Below are positions 53,288 through 62,625 of a stretch of 64,000 nt of DNA, one piece after another; within the stretch, counting starts at the first letter, position 1; each line of letters opens with the position of its first letter. The position numbers were made by a program, and so were the translations under genes. Source of the stretch: Candidatus Eiseniibacteriota bacterium (GTDB lineage: Bacteria > Eisenbacteria > RBG-16-71-46 > SZUA-252). Under the pieces are notes generated by a model, which worked only from the letters and a program-made list of their open reading frames with translations, did no database searches and was not told the DNA's origin. The DNA lies in contig QJVW01000079.1 in the NCBI GenBank assembly GCA_003235575.1, positions 25,525 to 89,524 of the forward strand, written 5' to 3'.

Positions 53288-55528
53288 TCAGAACCGCTGC
53301 GCGATCCTGGCGTAGACGTTCCGGCCGGGCCGCCAGAGTCGCGATGGATCCAGGTGGCGCCGGTACGCGTCGTCGAAGACGTTTTCGATCCCGAGCGTCA
53401 CCGACGTACGGCCCCGCGACGTTCCGGTCCGCAGATTCCACACGACGAACCCGGGCGTGTTGGTCTCTCCCTGCGCCACCGCGGCGCGCGTCTGCTCCGC
53501 CGCCGCCTCCATCTCCGCCTCAACCCACGGCCACGACCCCCACGGGGTGAGGCGCGCGGAGGCCGAGCCCTCGAGCGGCGCGACGAGCGGCAGGGGACCG
53601 CCGGTCGATAGGTTCTCGCCCTCGGTGTACGAAACGGTTCCTCGTAGCCTGAGCCACGAAGCGGCGTCCGCCGCGACCGTGCCGCTCGCGCCCGTCAATC
53701 GCGCGGCGCCGATGTTGTCGTACCGGCGGACCGGCATGCCGGAGAGGGAATCTCCCGTGACGGACGTCGCAATGTATTCCTCGATCCGGTTCCGGAAGGC
53801 GGTGGCCGAAGCCTGCATCGTGCGCCCGGCGTACCCGATCGTCACCTCGGCGTTCCGGCTCGTTTCCGTCGTCAGGTCGGCGTTGCCGACGTAGACGTAT
53901 CCGTCCGGGCGCAGAAGGATGCCGAAGAGCTCGGTGGGATCCGGAATGCGATACCCGATGCCCAGGCTGCTTCGCATGTAGAGGCCGCTTGCGTGACGGG
54001 CCCGCAGGCCCACGTTGCCGCTCGCAACCGATTCGGAGGTCCGCGCGTACCCGTCGGCGCTTCGCGTGACGCGATCCAGCCGCAGGCCGGCGCTCCCGAT
54101 CAGCCATGATCTCGAACTCGTTCCGCCTTGTACGAACGCGCCGATGTCCGTGACGCGGACGCCCGGCCAGGTGCGCAGTTCCATCGTGGTCGTGGCGCCG
54201 CTCTTCGTGCGCTCCACCCAGCGCGAGCCCTCCGCGTTCCATCGCGTCGCCTCGATGCCCGCGTCGAAGGTGAACGCCGGAAGGGCATGGAAGCGCCCCT
54301 GGATCCGTCCGCCCCCGATGTCGGTCTGGGATCTGGCGTCGGTGTCGGACCGCATGGTCATTCCGCCCGGCATCGACGGTGGTTTCACCATGGACATCGT
54401 CATGTGGTGGTCCACCGACTGCACGAAGACCTTCGCGGTGAGGCCGTCCAGAACGCGCCCGCTTCGTTGCCACCCATAATCGAGGGCGTAGAGGCTTCGG
54501 TCCTCCTCGGGGATGAAGGCGTTTCCGGACCCGGGGTAGCCGATGTCGCGGCCGGCATAGTGCTGCGTCCGCAGGTCGAGCCGATGGGAGGGCGATAGGG
54601 CATAGCTGCCTGCGAGATCGACCGTGAGATCCCGGTACGACGAGGCGTCGATCGTGCCGAGCGGAGATCGCTGGTCGCCGAAACTCGCCCCGTCTACCGA
54701 GGCGGTGAAGGAAGCGCGCTGCCGGTGGCCCCAGAGCGTCGCCCCGAGCCGTCCGCCGGGAACGGCGCTGGAGGCCGACGCGCGCAGCTCTCCCTGAAGC
54801 GGAAGATCGTCGCGCGTGGCGCGCGTGACGACGTTGATCACGCCCCCCACGTTGCCGGAACCGTAGAGCGTGGAGCCGGGTCCCGACAGAAGCTCCACGC
54901 GCTCGACGTTGTCGGGCTGAATCGTGGCCAGCCCACCGTCCATCCCGACGTTGCACGCGCGTTCCACGCGGTTCCCGTCGAGCATGACGACGACACGCTC
55001 GCCCCCGAGTCCGCGGACGTACGCCTTCGCGCCCCAATTGCCGGGCCGCGACGAGGAGACGCCCTCCGCGCCGTCGAGCGCTTCGGCCAGAGACGGTGTC
55101 GCCCGGATCGAGATGTCCTCGCGGGAACGGATTCCGTAGGCGAGCTGCGATCCCTCGCCCAGCCCGCGGGATGCATCCGGCTCGGCGGTCACCTCCATGG
55201 AGTGAAGCACCACCGGTGCGCGCGTCATCCGAATCTCTCCGTGCAGATCCGCCGCGTCGATCACCAGCGAACCGTAACCGATCCGACGAAGGGTCACCGT
55301 CGTCGTGTTGGCGGGAAGCAACAGCCGGAACCGGCCGTCGCGAGCCGTCGTGACGAACCGGTCTCCCGCCGAGATCGTGACGTCCGAGAGCGGTTCCCCG
55401 GACGCGACATCGACGATCCTTCCTTCGGCCGGTCCCGATCGGGCGGCGGCGATCGCCGCGGCGGGCAGGGTGGCGACGCTCAGGATCAACGCGGCCGCGA
55501 GCCAGCCGCCAATGCATGGACGTGACAT
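53288..55528 (-). CDS. TonB-dependent receptor, OprC-like putative copper transporter
   Basis: Signal peptide, N-terminal carboxypeptidase-regulatory-like domain, plug (VELLSGPGSTLYG..GGVIN), CxxxM (CNVGM), HxM (HHM), C-terminal Phe; ATG 55528 with GGAGG SD. Confidence 0.85.
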   Translation of the reverse strand: MSRPCIGGWLAAALILSVATLPAAAIAAARSGPAEGRIVDVASGEPLSDVTISAGDRFVTTARDGRFRLLLPANTTTVTLRRIGYGSLVIDAADLHGEIRMTRAPVVLHSMEVTAEPDASRGLGEGSQLAYGIRSREDISIRATPSLAEALDGAEGVSSSRPGNWGAKAYVRGLGGERVVVMLDGNRVERACNVGMDGGLATIQPDNVERVELLSGPGSTLYGSGNVGGVINVVTRATRDDLPLQGELRASASSAVPGGRLGATLWGHRQRASFTASVDGASFGDQRSPLGTIDASSYRDLTVDLAGSYALSPSHRLDLRTQHYAGRDIGYPGSGNAFIPEEDRSLYALDYGWQRSGRVLDGLTAKVFVQSVDHHMTMSMVKPPSMPGGMTMRSDTDARSQTDIGGGRIQGRFHALPAFTFDAGIEATRWNAEGSRWVERTKSGATTTMELRTWPGVRVTDIGAFVQGGTSSRSWLIGSAGLRLDRVTRSADGYARTSESVASGNVGLRARHASGLYMRSSLGIGYRIPDPTELFGILLRPDGYVYVGNADLTTETSRNAEVTIGYAGRTMQASATAFRNRIEEYIATSVTGDSLSGMPVRRYDNIGAARLTGASGTVAADAASWLRLRGTVSYTEGENLSTGGPLPLVAPLEGSASARLTPWGSWPWVEAEMEAAAEQTRAAVAQGETNTPGFVVWNLRTGTSRGRTSVTLGIENVFDDAYRRHLDPSRLWRPGRNVYARIAQRF

Positions 55529-55536
55529 GGGGAAAT

Positions 55537-55610
55537 CCTCCGATTGTCTGCCTGTTGGCGCGGGGATGCCGTCGACCCCCGCGGCGTTCGTGCGATCAGG
55601 CGATCGGAGG
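55537..55610 (-). promoter_or_regulatory. SD-sequestering RNA structure linking the uORF 3' end and the receptor start
   Basis: In mRNA sense, CCUCCGAU (uORF Pro-Pro-Ile codons) is complementary to AUCGGAGG (receptor SD); GCCUG/CAGGC and an internal GCGGGG/CCCCGC stem also pair. Confidence 0.65.
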
Positions 55611-56030
55611 GGGACCTGTGGGGAACGGAAGCAGTCGCGGCTCGGAGGCGCGATGGGTGTCGTCGGGGCCGGGCGTCGGGGCCGCTCGGTGGAGCAAGGA
55701 CGGCGGGGCCGCGTCGGAGACGCCGATGGGCGCCACGAATTGCGCCTGGAACGAGCAGCAGTCGTCGGTGCACTGGCAGGGCCGATTCGCCGCGTCGCCG
55801 TCCTCCGGCGCGTGGCACGGGGGGGCGCCATTCGCGGAAGCGCCGCCGGTGCCGGCGGACGCGGCGCCCGTCGGCATGGAGCACGGACTGGTGCATGCGT
55901 ACGGATGGACGAGGGGGGCGGCCAGCAGCGTTACGGCGAACAGCACCGCCTGAAGCAGGGCCGCGGTGCGGCGGGGCGATGAGGCGTGGTCGGGTCTGCG
56001 TCGGTCCATGGTGCTTGCTCCCTCATCCAT
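55596..56030 (-). CDS. Cys-rich membrane-targeted upstream ORF (DUF2946/CruR-like), putative arrest peptide
   Basis: GGAGG SD; hydrophobic segment; 7 Cys (CTSPC, PCH, CQCTDDCC); ends LLPFPTGPPPIA; 67 nt upstream of the receptor start. Confidence 0.7.
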   Translation of the reverse strand: MDEGASTMDRRRPDHASSPRRTAALLQAVLFAVTLLAAPLVHPYACTSPCSMPTGAASAGTGGASANGAPPCHAPEDGDAANRPCQCTDDCCSFQAQFVAPIGVSDAAPPSLLHRAAPTPGPDDTHRASEPRLLPFPTGPPPIA

Positions 56031-56154
56031 GAGCCTACCTCCGCGTCGCGGGCGGTACGCATGGTCCGATCGTAGCCCGCGCGCGCGCCACGCAGTCCGT
56101 ACGCCCAGCGGCGACTAGCGATGGAAGGGGCAAATACGATATACTTGAAGGCTA

Positions 56155-57093
56155 ATGGCCGATCCCGCTACCCGCGGCGACGTCGGCCTCGCCGGGCCCT
56201 CCGGCAGGGCCCGCGACGTCGCCCACATCCTCCGCATCCTCAATCCCTTTGGCTACGTCCAGGTCCGCTCCAAGCGCGAGTTCATGGACAGGCTGGAGTG
56301 GGTCCTTCGGATCAGCGTGGCCCTCTGCTTCATCGGCCACGGTTTCTGGGGCACCATCTCGAAACCGGAATGGATCGGGCTGATCACGCCCATGGGCTTT
56401 TCCGAGTCGACGGCATGGGCGCTGCTTCCCTGGATCGGGTGGGCCGACGTCCTCCTCGGGGTTCTGGTCATCGCCAAACCGAGGAGCTTCCTGCTTTGGA
56501 AGGCGTTCTTATGGGCGTCGTTCACTCCGTTTCTTCGCCCGCTGGCGGGCCTGAGTTGGTTCGAGGTGCCGGAGCGGGCGGGGAATTACGGCGTGCCGCT
56601 CGCGTTCCTGCTCCTGGCCGGCGGAATGGGGCTCATGAGGACGTGGTGGAACGGGTTCGAGGTCGCCGACGAGCCGGAGACCAAACTCACGGAAGCCACG
56701 ATTCACAAAGTTCGGCTGGTGCTCCAACTATCGGTCGGCGTGCTGTTGCTGGGGCACGGCGGTCTGATGGCGATCGCTCAAAAGCCGATGTACCTCGCCC
56801 ATTTCCACGCGATCGGGTTGCCCGTCACGCAGTCGGCGATCACGCTGATCGGATGGGGGGAAATGCTGCTGGGAGCCGTCGTCGCGTTTCGACCGATGAT
56901 TCCCCTCGTCTGGTTCATCTTCTTCTGGAAGCTGGCGACGGAGTCGCTGTACGCGTTCGCGGGCAGGCCCATCGACGTCTTCGAGACCATCGAGCGCTGG
57001 GGGGACTACGGCGGGTGCATCGCGCTGCTGTTGATTCTCTACTACCTGGCGCGCCGTCCTCCGGCCGAGGAGCCCGCGCGATCCGAGGCGTAA
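56155..57093 (+). CDS. Integral membrane protein with two DoxX-like repeats
   Basis: Repeat 1 LRISVALCFIGHG...IGWADVLLG...ERAGNYG; repeat 2 LQLSVGVLLLGHG...IGWGEMLLG...ERWGDYG; start uncertain. Confidence 0.7.
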   Translation: MADPATRGDVGLAGPSGRARDVAHILRILNPFGYVQVRSKREFMDRLEWVLRISVALCFIGHGFWGTISKPEWIGLITPMGFSESTAWALLPWIGWADVLLGVLVIAKPRSFLLWKAFLWASFTPFLRPLAGLSWFEVPERAGNYGVPLAFLLLAGGMGLMRTWWNGFEVADEPETKLTEATIHKVRLVLQLSVGVLLLGHGGLMAIAQKPMYLAHFHAIGLPVTQSAITLIGWGEMLLGAVVAFRPMIPLVWFIFFWKLATESLYAFAGRPIDVFETIERWGDYGGCIALLLILYYLARRPPAEEPARSEA

Positions 57094-57094
57094 C

Positions 57095-57481
57095 CTAGCG
57101 CGATACCACCTCGACGCGGACCTTCGCCGTGCCTTCCCGCAGGAAGCCGAGCCGCCGCGCCGCCTTCTTCGATACGTCGATCACTCGCCCGCGCCGAAAC
57201 GGCCCGCGATCTGTGATCCGCAACACCACGCTCCGTCCGTTCTCCAGATTGGTCACGCGAACGCGGGTTCCGAAGGGAAGCGTGCGGTGCGCCGCCGTCA
57301 TGTTTCCCTGGTTGTACTTCTCCCCGCTCGCGGTGCGCCGGCCATGGTATTTCCCCGCATAGTAGGAAGCCACGCCCGTCTCGACGGCGGCCGTCCGCGA
57401 CGGATACCGCCCGCCCGTGGAGGCGCAACCCGTGGCCAGGACAAGGGCGAGCAGGAGGGGTGTCAGGATTCGCGTACGCAT
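57095..57481 (-). CDS. rlpA: RlpA-family lytic transglycosylase lipoprotein
   Basis: Lipobox LATGC; GVASYY, TASGE, TAAHRTLPFGTRVRVTNLENGRSV, DRGPF, IDVS. Confidence 0.92.
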   Translation of the reverse strand: MRTRILTPLLLALVLATGCASTGGRYPSRTAAVETGVASYYAGKYHGRRTASGEKYNQGNMTAAHRTLPFGTRVRVTNLENGRSVVLRITDRGPFRRGRVIDVSKKAARRLGFLREGTAKVRVEVVSR

Positions 57482-57534
57482 CTCCCCCGGAGAGATCGGC
57501 ACGCGGCCTGAAATCTGAAGCGGAATCGTCGCCG

Positions 57535-58797
57535 TCAGACGGTCTGCGGCTCCGGCTGTTTCGCCGCCTCGCGTTTCGCGCGCGGCACGCCCCGGGCGAA
57601 TCCTCCGTGCGCTTTTCGCTCCTCCAGGCGGCACGACCAGACCAGTTCGCCCTCGTGAACGGTGATGTCGGGGCAGGCGTCGCACATGTTCATGCGGCCG
57701 TCGGCGAGGATGTCCACGGGTTGGATGATCATGACCGACTGCAGGTGCAGTCGGGGAAAGGGTCGCAGCGGGCGGCGGATCGTGCCCGCGAGATACCGTG
57801 TCAGGGCCCCGCGAATACCCGGGTCGATCGGCCAGGTGGCCGCGGCGATCGAGCGCCCGTGCCGGAGCGTCGCGGGCGGCGCGTAGGCCAGAAAGCGTCC
57901 GTGACGCCAGTGATGGAGCGACTGCGCCAGCTCCATGAAGCGGGGACCCGCGTAGCCGAGGATCTCGGAATCCGTACCCACGTAGGTCGTCAGGAGCCAC
58001 TTCAAGGAATCGGCCTTCTCGGTGCCGTTCAAGTAGGCGCACGGCGCGAACTCGGGGAAACGATCGCGGATCGTCGCCACCACGTCGCGGGAAGAGATGT
58101 CGAGGCGCGTGGCGCCGGTGGGCCGGCTGTACACGAGGTCGTCCATGGCGATCCGGTCGCGCCCGACGTAGAAGTCCATCTCCTCGGCGTAGGCGCCCGA
58201 GGCCTGCCGGTAGGCGATGAAGACCACCACGTGCACCTTGTCGATGTGTCGTTGCGCCCACGCCACGATCTCCGGAGCGTACTGCAGCGTGTCCTCGTAC
58301 ACCGTGGCATTGAACGCGCACGAGATGCCCCCCACCCGGGCGACGCGCTCCGCGAACGAGAGCCGGAGTTCGTTCAGCTCGATCTCCGTCTTTCCCTTCC
58401 ATCCGGGACGCGCCTGCTTGCTGTCGATGTGGAAGGTGAATCCCATGAGGCCCGCGCCCTTCAGCGCGCGCAAAAGATCGTCGGTGAGCGCGAGCCCGTT
58501 CGTGTTGAGGATCGGCTTGTACCCGCGGGCGGCCACGCGCGAGACGATCGAAACGACGTCGGGGTGCGTCAGGGGATCGCCGCCGGCGATCGAGACTCCG
58601 TCGAACGTCCGATGGCGCGCGAAGACATCGAGTTCCTCTTCGATCTGCGCGAGGGGTTTGTGCCCCTGGTACTGATTCGCCCGATAGCAGCCCTCGCAGT
58701 AGAGATTGCAGGCCTCGGTCGGCTCGAGCCAGGCGATGGGGTTGTCGGGGAGGCTCCAGGGAAGGCGGTACAGGGTACGATGATCCGGGTAGTGCAT
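57535..58797 (-). CDS. Radical SAM protein of unknown function
   Basis: CNLYCEGC (CxxxCxxC), GGDPLTHP, NTNG; C-terminal MCDACPD...SCRLE; start taken at ATG 58797. Confidence 0.88.
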   Translation of the reverse strand: MHYPDHRTLYRLPWSLPDNPIAWLEPTEACNLYCEGCYRANQYQGHKPLAQIEEELDVFARHRTFDGVSIAGGDPLTHPDVVSIVSRVAARGYKPILNTNGLALTDDLLRALKGAGLMGFTFHIDSKQARPGWKGKTEIELNELRLSFAERVARVGGISCAFNATVYEDTLQYAPEIVAWAQRHIDKVHVVVFIAYRQASGAYAEEMDFYVGRDRIAMDDLVYSRPTGATRLDISSRDVVATIRDRFPEFAPCAYLNGTEKADSLKWLLTTYVGTDSEILGYAGPRFMELAQSLHHWRHGRFLAYAPPATLRHGRSIAAATWPIDPGIRGALTRYLAGTIRRPLRPFPRLHLQSVMIIQPVDILADGRMNMCDACPDITVHEGELVWSCRLEERKAHGGFARGVPRAKREAAKQPEPQTV

Positions 58798-59018
58798 CGT
58801 GATGGCTCCATGGGTCGCGGCGCGCTCGGCCGCGCGGCCCCGAGAGAGGGTCGATGTCAACCGTAGACCGGCATTGGCGTGCAGTATCCCGCCGCGCAAC
58901 GCGCACCGACGCCGGTACGAAAGTCGTAGATTCGGAGCCGCGTCAACGGCCCCCGGGCGATCCGTCGCGGTCATTTCACGCCGCTGCCGGATGCCCGGTA
59001 CTGCTATCGTCACACGCT

Positions 59019-59708
59019 ATGACGCCGACGATTCTCATCGTGGAAGACGATCGCCGCATCGCGGCGCTCATCGCCAAGAACCTCGAATCGGCGGGATTCG
59101 CCTGCCGGCACGCCTACGACGGGGACACGGCGCTCCGGGAGTTCGCGCACGCCGAGCCGGCGCTCATCGTGCTCGATCTCATGCTGCCCGGCGTCGGCGG
59201 GCTCGAGATCACCCGTCACATCCGCCGGGAGAGCGCCGTGCCGATCCTCATGCTGACGGCCCGATCCAGCGAAGGGGACAAGGTGCTGGGTTTCGAGGTC
59301 GGCGCGGACGACTACCTGACCAAGCCGTTCAGCACGCTCGAGTTGGTGGCCCGCGTCCGCGCCCTTCTTCGTCGCGCCGCCCCGCACGAGCAGGAGAAGG
59401 GGATCGCGGTCGACGATCTTCGCATCGATCCCGCCCGGCGGGAGGTTCTTCGCGCCGGCGCGCCGGTGGCGTTGACCACGCTCGAGTTCGACCTTCTCTA
59501 CTTCCTCGCCTCCCGTCCGGGCCGCATCTATTCGAGGGAGGCGCTCATGAACCGTGTCTGGGGCGACGGTCGCGTGGTCGATGACCGCTCCATCGACAGC
59601 CTCGTGAGCCGAGTTCGCCGCAAGTTGGAGCCGGACCCCGCGCGGCCGCGCTACATCCAGACTGTGTGGGGCGCCGGCTACCGATTCGCGGAAGGGGGCG
59701 CGCCGTGA
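59019..59708 (+). CDS. OmpR-family response regulator
   Basis: ILIVEDD, LDLMLPG, GADDYLTKPF, winged helix (LTTLEFDLL, RSIDSLVSRVRRKL, QTVWGAGY). Confidence 0.93.
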   Translation: MTPTILIVEDDRRIAALIAKNLESAGFACRHAYDGDTALREFAHAEPALIVLDLMLPGVGGLEITRHIRRESAVPILMLTARSSEGDKVLGFEVGADDYLTKPFSTLELVARVRALLRRAAPHEQEKGIAVDDLRIDPARREVLRAGAPVALTTLEFDLLYFLASRPGRIYSREALMNRVWGDGRVVDDRSIDSLVSRVRRKLEPDPARPRYIQTVWGAGYRFAEGGAP

Positions 59709-61270
59709 CGCGTCTGCGGGCGACGAGCCTCTTCTGGAAACTGACCGGATCCTTCCTCCTGGTGCTGGTGCTCGCGATCATCCTGCAGGGTGTCGTGGCG
59801 ATCATGATCATCGAGCCGATCGCCCGGCGCGCGGCCAAGCAGCGGGCGGATACACTCCTCGTCTCGACCGCGGTCGAGATCGCGGACGTGTTCGCGGCCA
59901 TCGACCCCGGGACGCGCCGCGCCCACCCGCGGAGGCTCGACGCCGAGATCGCCGCGGTCCTGCGGGCGCACCGGCTCGAGGCGGGCCCGCTAGTCCTGCA
60001 ATTCCGCCATCGCGACGGACGCGCGGTAGGGATGAGACTGGGCCCGCCCGGGTGGGGACGGGGTCCGCGCCCCGGGATGGGCCCCGGTTGGAGGCTTCGG
60101 AGAGACGGGGGTGGCGGGCCTTCGGGGGCGCCGCCGCCGGGCCGTGAATCGGCGGAAGCGTGGCCGCCCGCGTTCCCCCCCGGCGCCGACGGCGGTGACG
60201 GGACGATTCGGCCGCCGGGCGAGGCCGGGGTTCCGTTGCGGCCCCTGAGCCGCGTCGCGGTCACGGCCGGCGCGGATACGCTGGGGCATCTGGTGGCGCT
60301 GACGGGTCCACGTCGCCTCTTCTTCCTGCCGGCCGACGTGCCCGGCTCGATCTTGCTCTTCTTCCCGATCGCGATTCTTCTTGCAGGAGGCGCCGGCGTC
60401 CTGACGTTCCGGTCGCTGACGCGGCGGCTGCGAACGCTCGAATCGCTGGCCGCCCGCGTCGCCGAGGGTGACCTCGCCGCGCGCGTTCCGGCGCCGGCCG
60501 CCGACGAGATCGGTCGGCTGGGGGCGGCGCTGAACCGCATGGCCGAACGACTGGCGTCCGCGCGCGATCGCGCGACGGAGGGTGAGCGGCAGCGGGCGCA
60601 ACTCCTGGCGGACATTTCGCACGAACTGGCGACGCCGATGACTTCCATCCGCGGGTTCGCGGAGACGCTTCTCGATCCCTCCGTGTCGTTATCGGAGCAG
60701 GAGCGTCTCGAATACCTCCGCAGCGTGGTGGAGGAGGCGAAGCGGCTGGATCTTCTCATTCAGGATCTCTTCGAATTGAATCGCATGGAAGCCGGCGCCC
60801 TGCCGCTGGCATTGGAGCGGCTCGATTGGGCGGCCCTCTGCCGGAACACGATGCGACGCTTCGAGCCCCGCTTCCGCGCCGCGGGTCTCGCACTCCGCTG
60901 GGCGGGCCCCGACGACGAAGCGTGGATCACCGCCGATGGGCGACGCATGGAACAAGTCCTGGAAAATCTCTTGGTGAACGCCCTGCGGTACGTCCCCTCC
61001 GGCGGGACCGTCACGGCGGCCCTCGATGCCGGGCCCGCGGACGGGACGCTACGGCTCTCGGTCTCGGACGACGGTCCCGGCATCGCGCCGAAGGATCTGC
61101 CCCACATCTTCGAGCGCTTCTACCGGGCCGACGAGGCGCGGGCGAGCGGGGGGACCGGACTCGGTCTCGCCATCGTCCGCCAGATCGTCCTGCAGCACGG
61201 CGGCGCCGTCCGCGCGGAGACGCGCCTTCCCCACGGAACGACGTTCGTCGTCGATCTGCCTCTCGCCTGA
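59705..61270 (+). CDS. HAMP sensor histidine kinase
   Basis: Two TM segments, DEIGRLG, ISHELATPMT, NLLVNALRY, DDGPG, FERFYR, GTGLGL; GTGA overlap with the regulator. Confidence 0.92.
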   Translation: MTRLRATSLFWKLTGSFLLVLVLAIILQGVVAIMIIEPIARRAAKQRADTLLVSTAVEIADVFAAIDPGTRRAHPRRLDAEIAAVLRAHRLEAGPLVLQFRHRDGRAVGMRLGPPGWGRGPRPGMGPGWRLRRDGGGGPSGAPPPGRESAEAWPPAFPPGADGGDGTIRPPGEAGVPLRPLSRVAVTAGADTLGHLVALTGPRRLFFLPADVPGSILLFFPIAILLAGGAGVLTFRSLTRRLRTLESLAARVAEGDLAARVPAPAADEIGRLGAALNRMAERLASARDRATEGERQRAQLLADISHELATPMTSIRGFAETLLDPSVSLSEQERLEYLRSVVEEAKRLDLLIQDLFELNRMEAGALPLALERLDWAALCRNTMRRFEPRFRAAGLALRWAGPDDEAWITADGRRMEQVLENLLVNALRYVPSGGTVTAALDAGPADGTLRLSVSDDGPGIAPKDLPHIFERFYRADEARASGGTGLGLAIVRQIVLQHGGAVRAETRLPHGTTFVVDLPLA

Positions 61271-61284
61271 TCTCCGGGGCCGCA

Positions 61285-61324
61285 CCGCCACACTTTGCCG
61301 CCCCGCCGCCACACTTTCGCCACA
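61285..61324 (+). promoter_or_regulatory. Helically phased direct repeats, candidate OmpR-type binding site
   Basis: CCGCCACACTTT at 61285 and 61306, plus CGCCACA at 61318; CCACA/CCGCC units spaced 10-11 bp apart. Confidence 0.55.
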
Positions 61325-61439
61325 TCTCGCGGGTACAGTCCTAGTGACAGGAACATCGTTGCCGCCCGGTCCCCACCGGGCCAGAGGGGTCCCCACAGAC
61401 CGGCGAACGCCCGGGGTCATGAGGCTCCGGGAACGGAGG

Positions 61440-62540
61440 ATGGCCATGATGCAGCGAAACGTGAGACTCGGTGCAGGTTGCGGGCGGTTCAGGGTGTCGT
61501 TTCTGGCGATGTCGGCCATGGCGCTGCTCCTCGGATCCGCGGGGTGCAGCGAGAAGAACGCGAGCACAGCCCCGGCGCCGGGGAACGAGTCGGGCCCGAT
61601 CATCGTCGCCGAGCCCGCGCCGCCGTCGCTCGCCGAACTCCAGTCCAGGCTCGGTCTGACGGCGGAGCAGAGCACCGCCCTCGAGCCGCCGCTCGGTGCG
61701 TGGCAGACGGCCCACGACGAGATGATGGCGCGCCTTCGTGCGGGCGAAGGGGAAGCCGCGGGTCCGGAGTACGGGCTCGGCGGGGAGATCGAGCCGCCGC
61801 ACCTTCGGTTTCTGGAGGAGGCGACGCCTCTTCTGACGAGGGAGCAGCTCCGGGCGTTGGCGCGCTACTTGGAAGAGCGACGCGAGACCGCGCGGCTCCG
61901 TCTCGGGCCCGAGGGGCAGCGGCCCGGTCCGGGCTCCCCCCTGGAACGCATCGTCCGCGTTCTCCGCGAGGAGTTCCAACTCACGAACGAACAGATGACG
62001 CAACTTCGGGAGGCGGTGCGAAAGACCCACGAAGCGTTCCGCACGCTGCACACGGCGTACATCGCGGGGACGATTTCGGCGGAGGACGTTCGTGACGGCG
62101 TCGCCACGGCCCTCGACACGCTGCAGGGTGAGGCGGGAGCGATTCTGGGCGTCGAGGCGTTCGAGCGCCTGGCGGGACTCCTGGACCAGGAGAAATCGGC
62201 CGTGGCGCAGCGACTGCTCGATACGCTCCAGGCGCGGACCGACCGCCACCTCGAGTTCCTGACCCGCGTGCTCGTGCTCGATCCGTCGCAGCAGGAGGCC
62301 GTGCGGACGGCGCTGGAAGCCGCGCGGCAGGGCATGGAACCGCTCCTGACCGAGGTGCGCGACGGAACGATTTCCTTCCCCGAAGCGCTCTATCGCGAGA
62401 TCGGGATTCACGCCACGCTGCGTGCGGCGATTCGGACGGCGCTGACGCAGGATCAACTCGATCTCCTCGAAGCACTGCGCCCGCTCCTCCGGCACGATCC
62501 CCCGCTGCCGCTCTACTTCGGGGGAGGGACGGGAGCATGA
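61440..62540 (+). CDS. Helical lipoprotein with multiple Spy/CpxP-like LTxxQ motifs
   Basis: GGAGG SD; lipobox GSAGC; LTAEQ, LTREQ, LTNEQ, LDPSQ, LTQDQ. Confidence 0.7.
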   Translation: MAMMQRNVRLGAGCGRFRVSFLAMSAMALLLGSAGCSEKNASTAPAPGNESGPIIVAEPAPPSLAELQSRLGLTAEQSTALEPPLGAWQTAHDEMMARLRAGEGEAAGPEYGLGGEIEPPHLRFLEEATPLLTREQLRALARYLEERRETARLRLGPEGQRPGPGSPLERIVRVLREEFQLTNEQMTQLREAVRKTHEAFRTLHTAYIAGTISAEDVRDGVATALDTLQGEAGAILGVEAFERLAGLLDQEKSAVAQRLLDTLQARTDRHLEFLTRVLVLDPSQQEAVRTALEAARQGMEPLLTEVRDGTISFPEALYREIGIHATLRAAIRTALTQDQLDLLEALRPLLRHDPPLPLYFGGGTGA

Positions 62541-62625
62541 GACGCGTTCGCGCCCGACGAAGCGAGGGGCGTACGGTGAAGTTCAAACGGGCCGATCACA
62601 GGGCCCATGAAGAAGGAGAACCACG

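Noticed and set aside
61285-61324. Direct repeats as a CRISPR remnant
   Set aside because: Only 12 bp with 9-bp spacing and two to three copies; no cas genes; fits a transcription-factor site better
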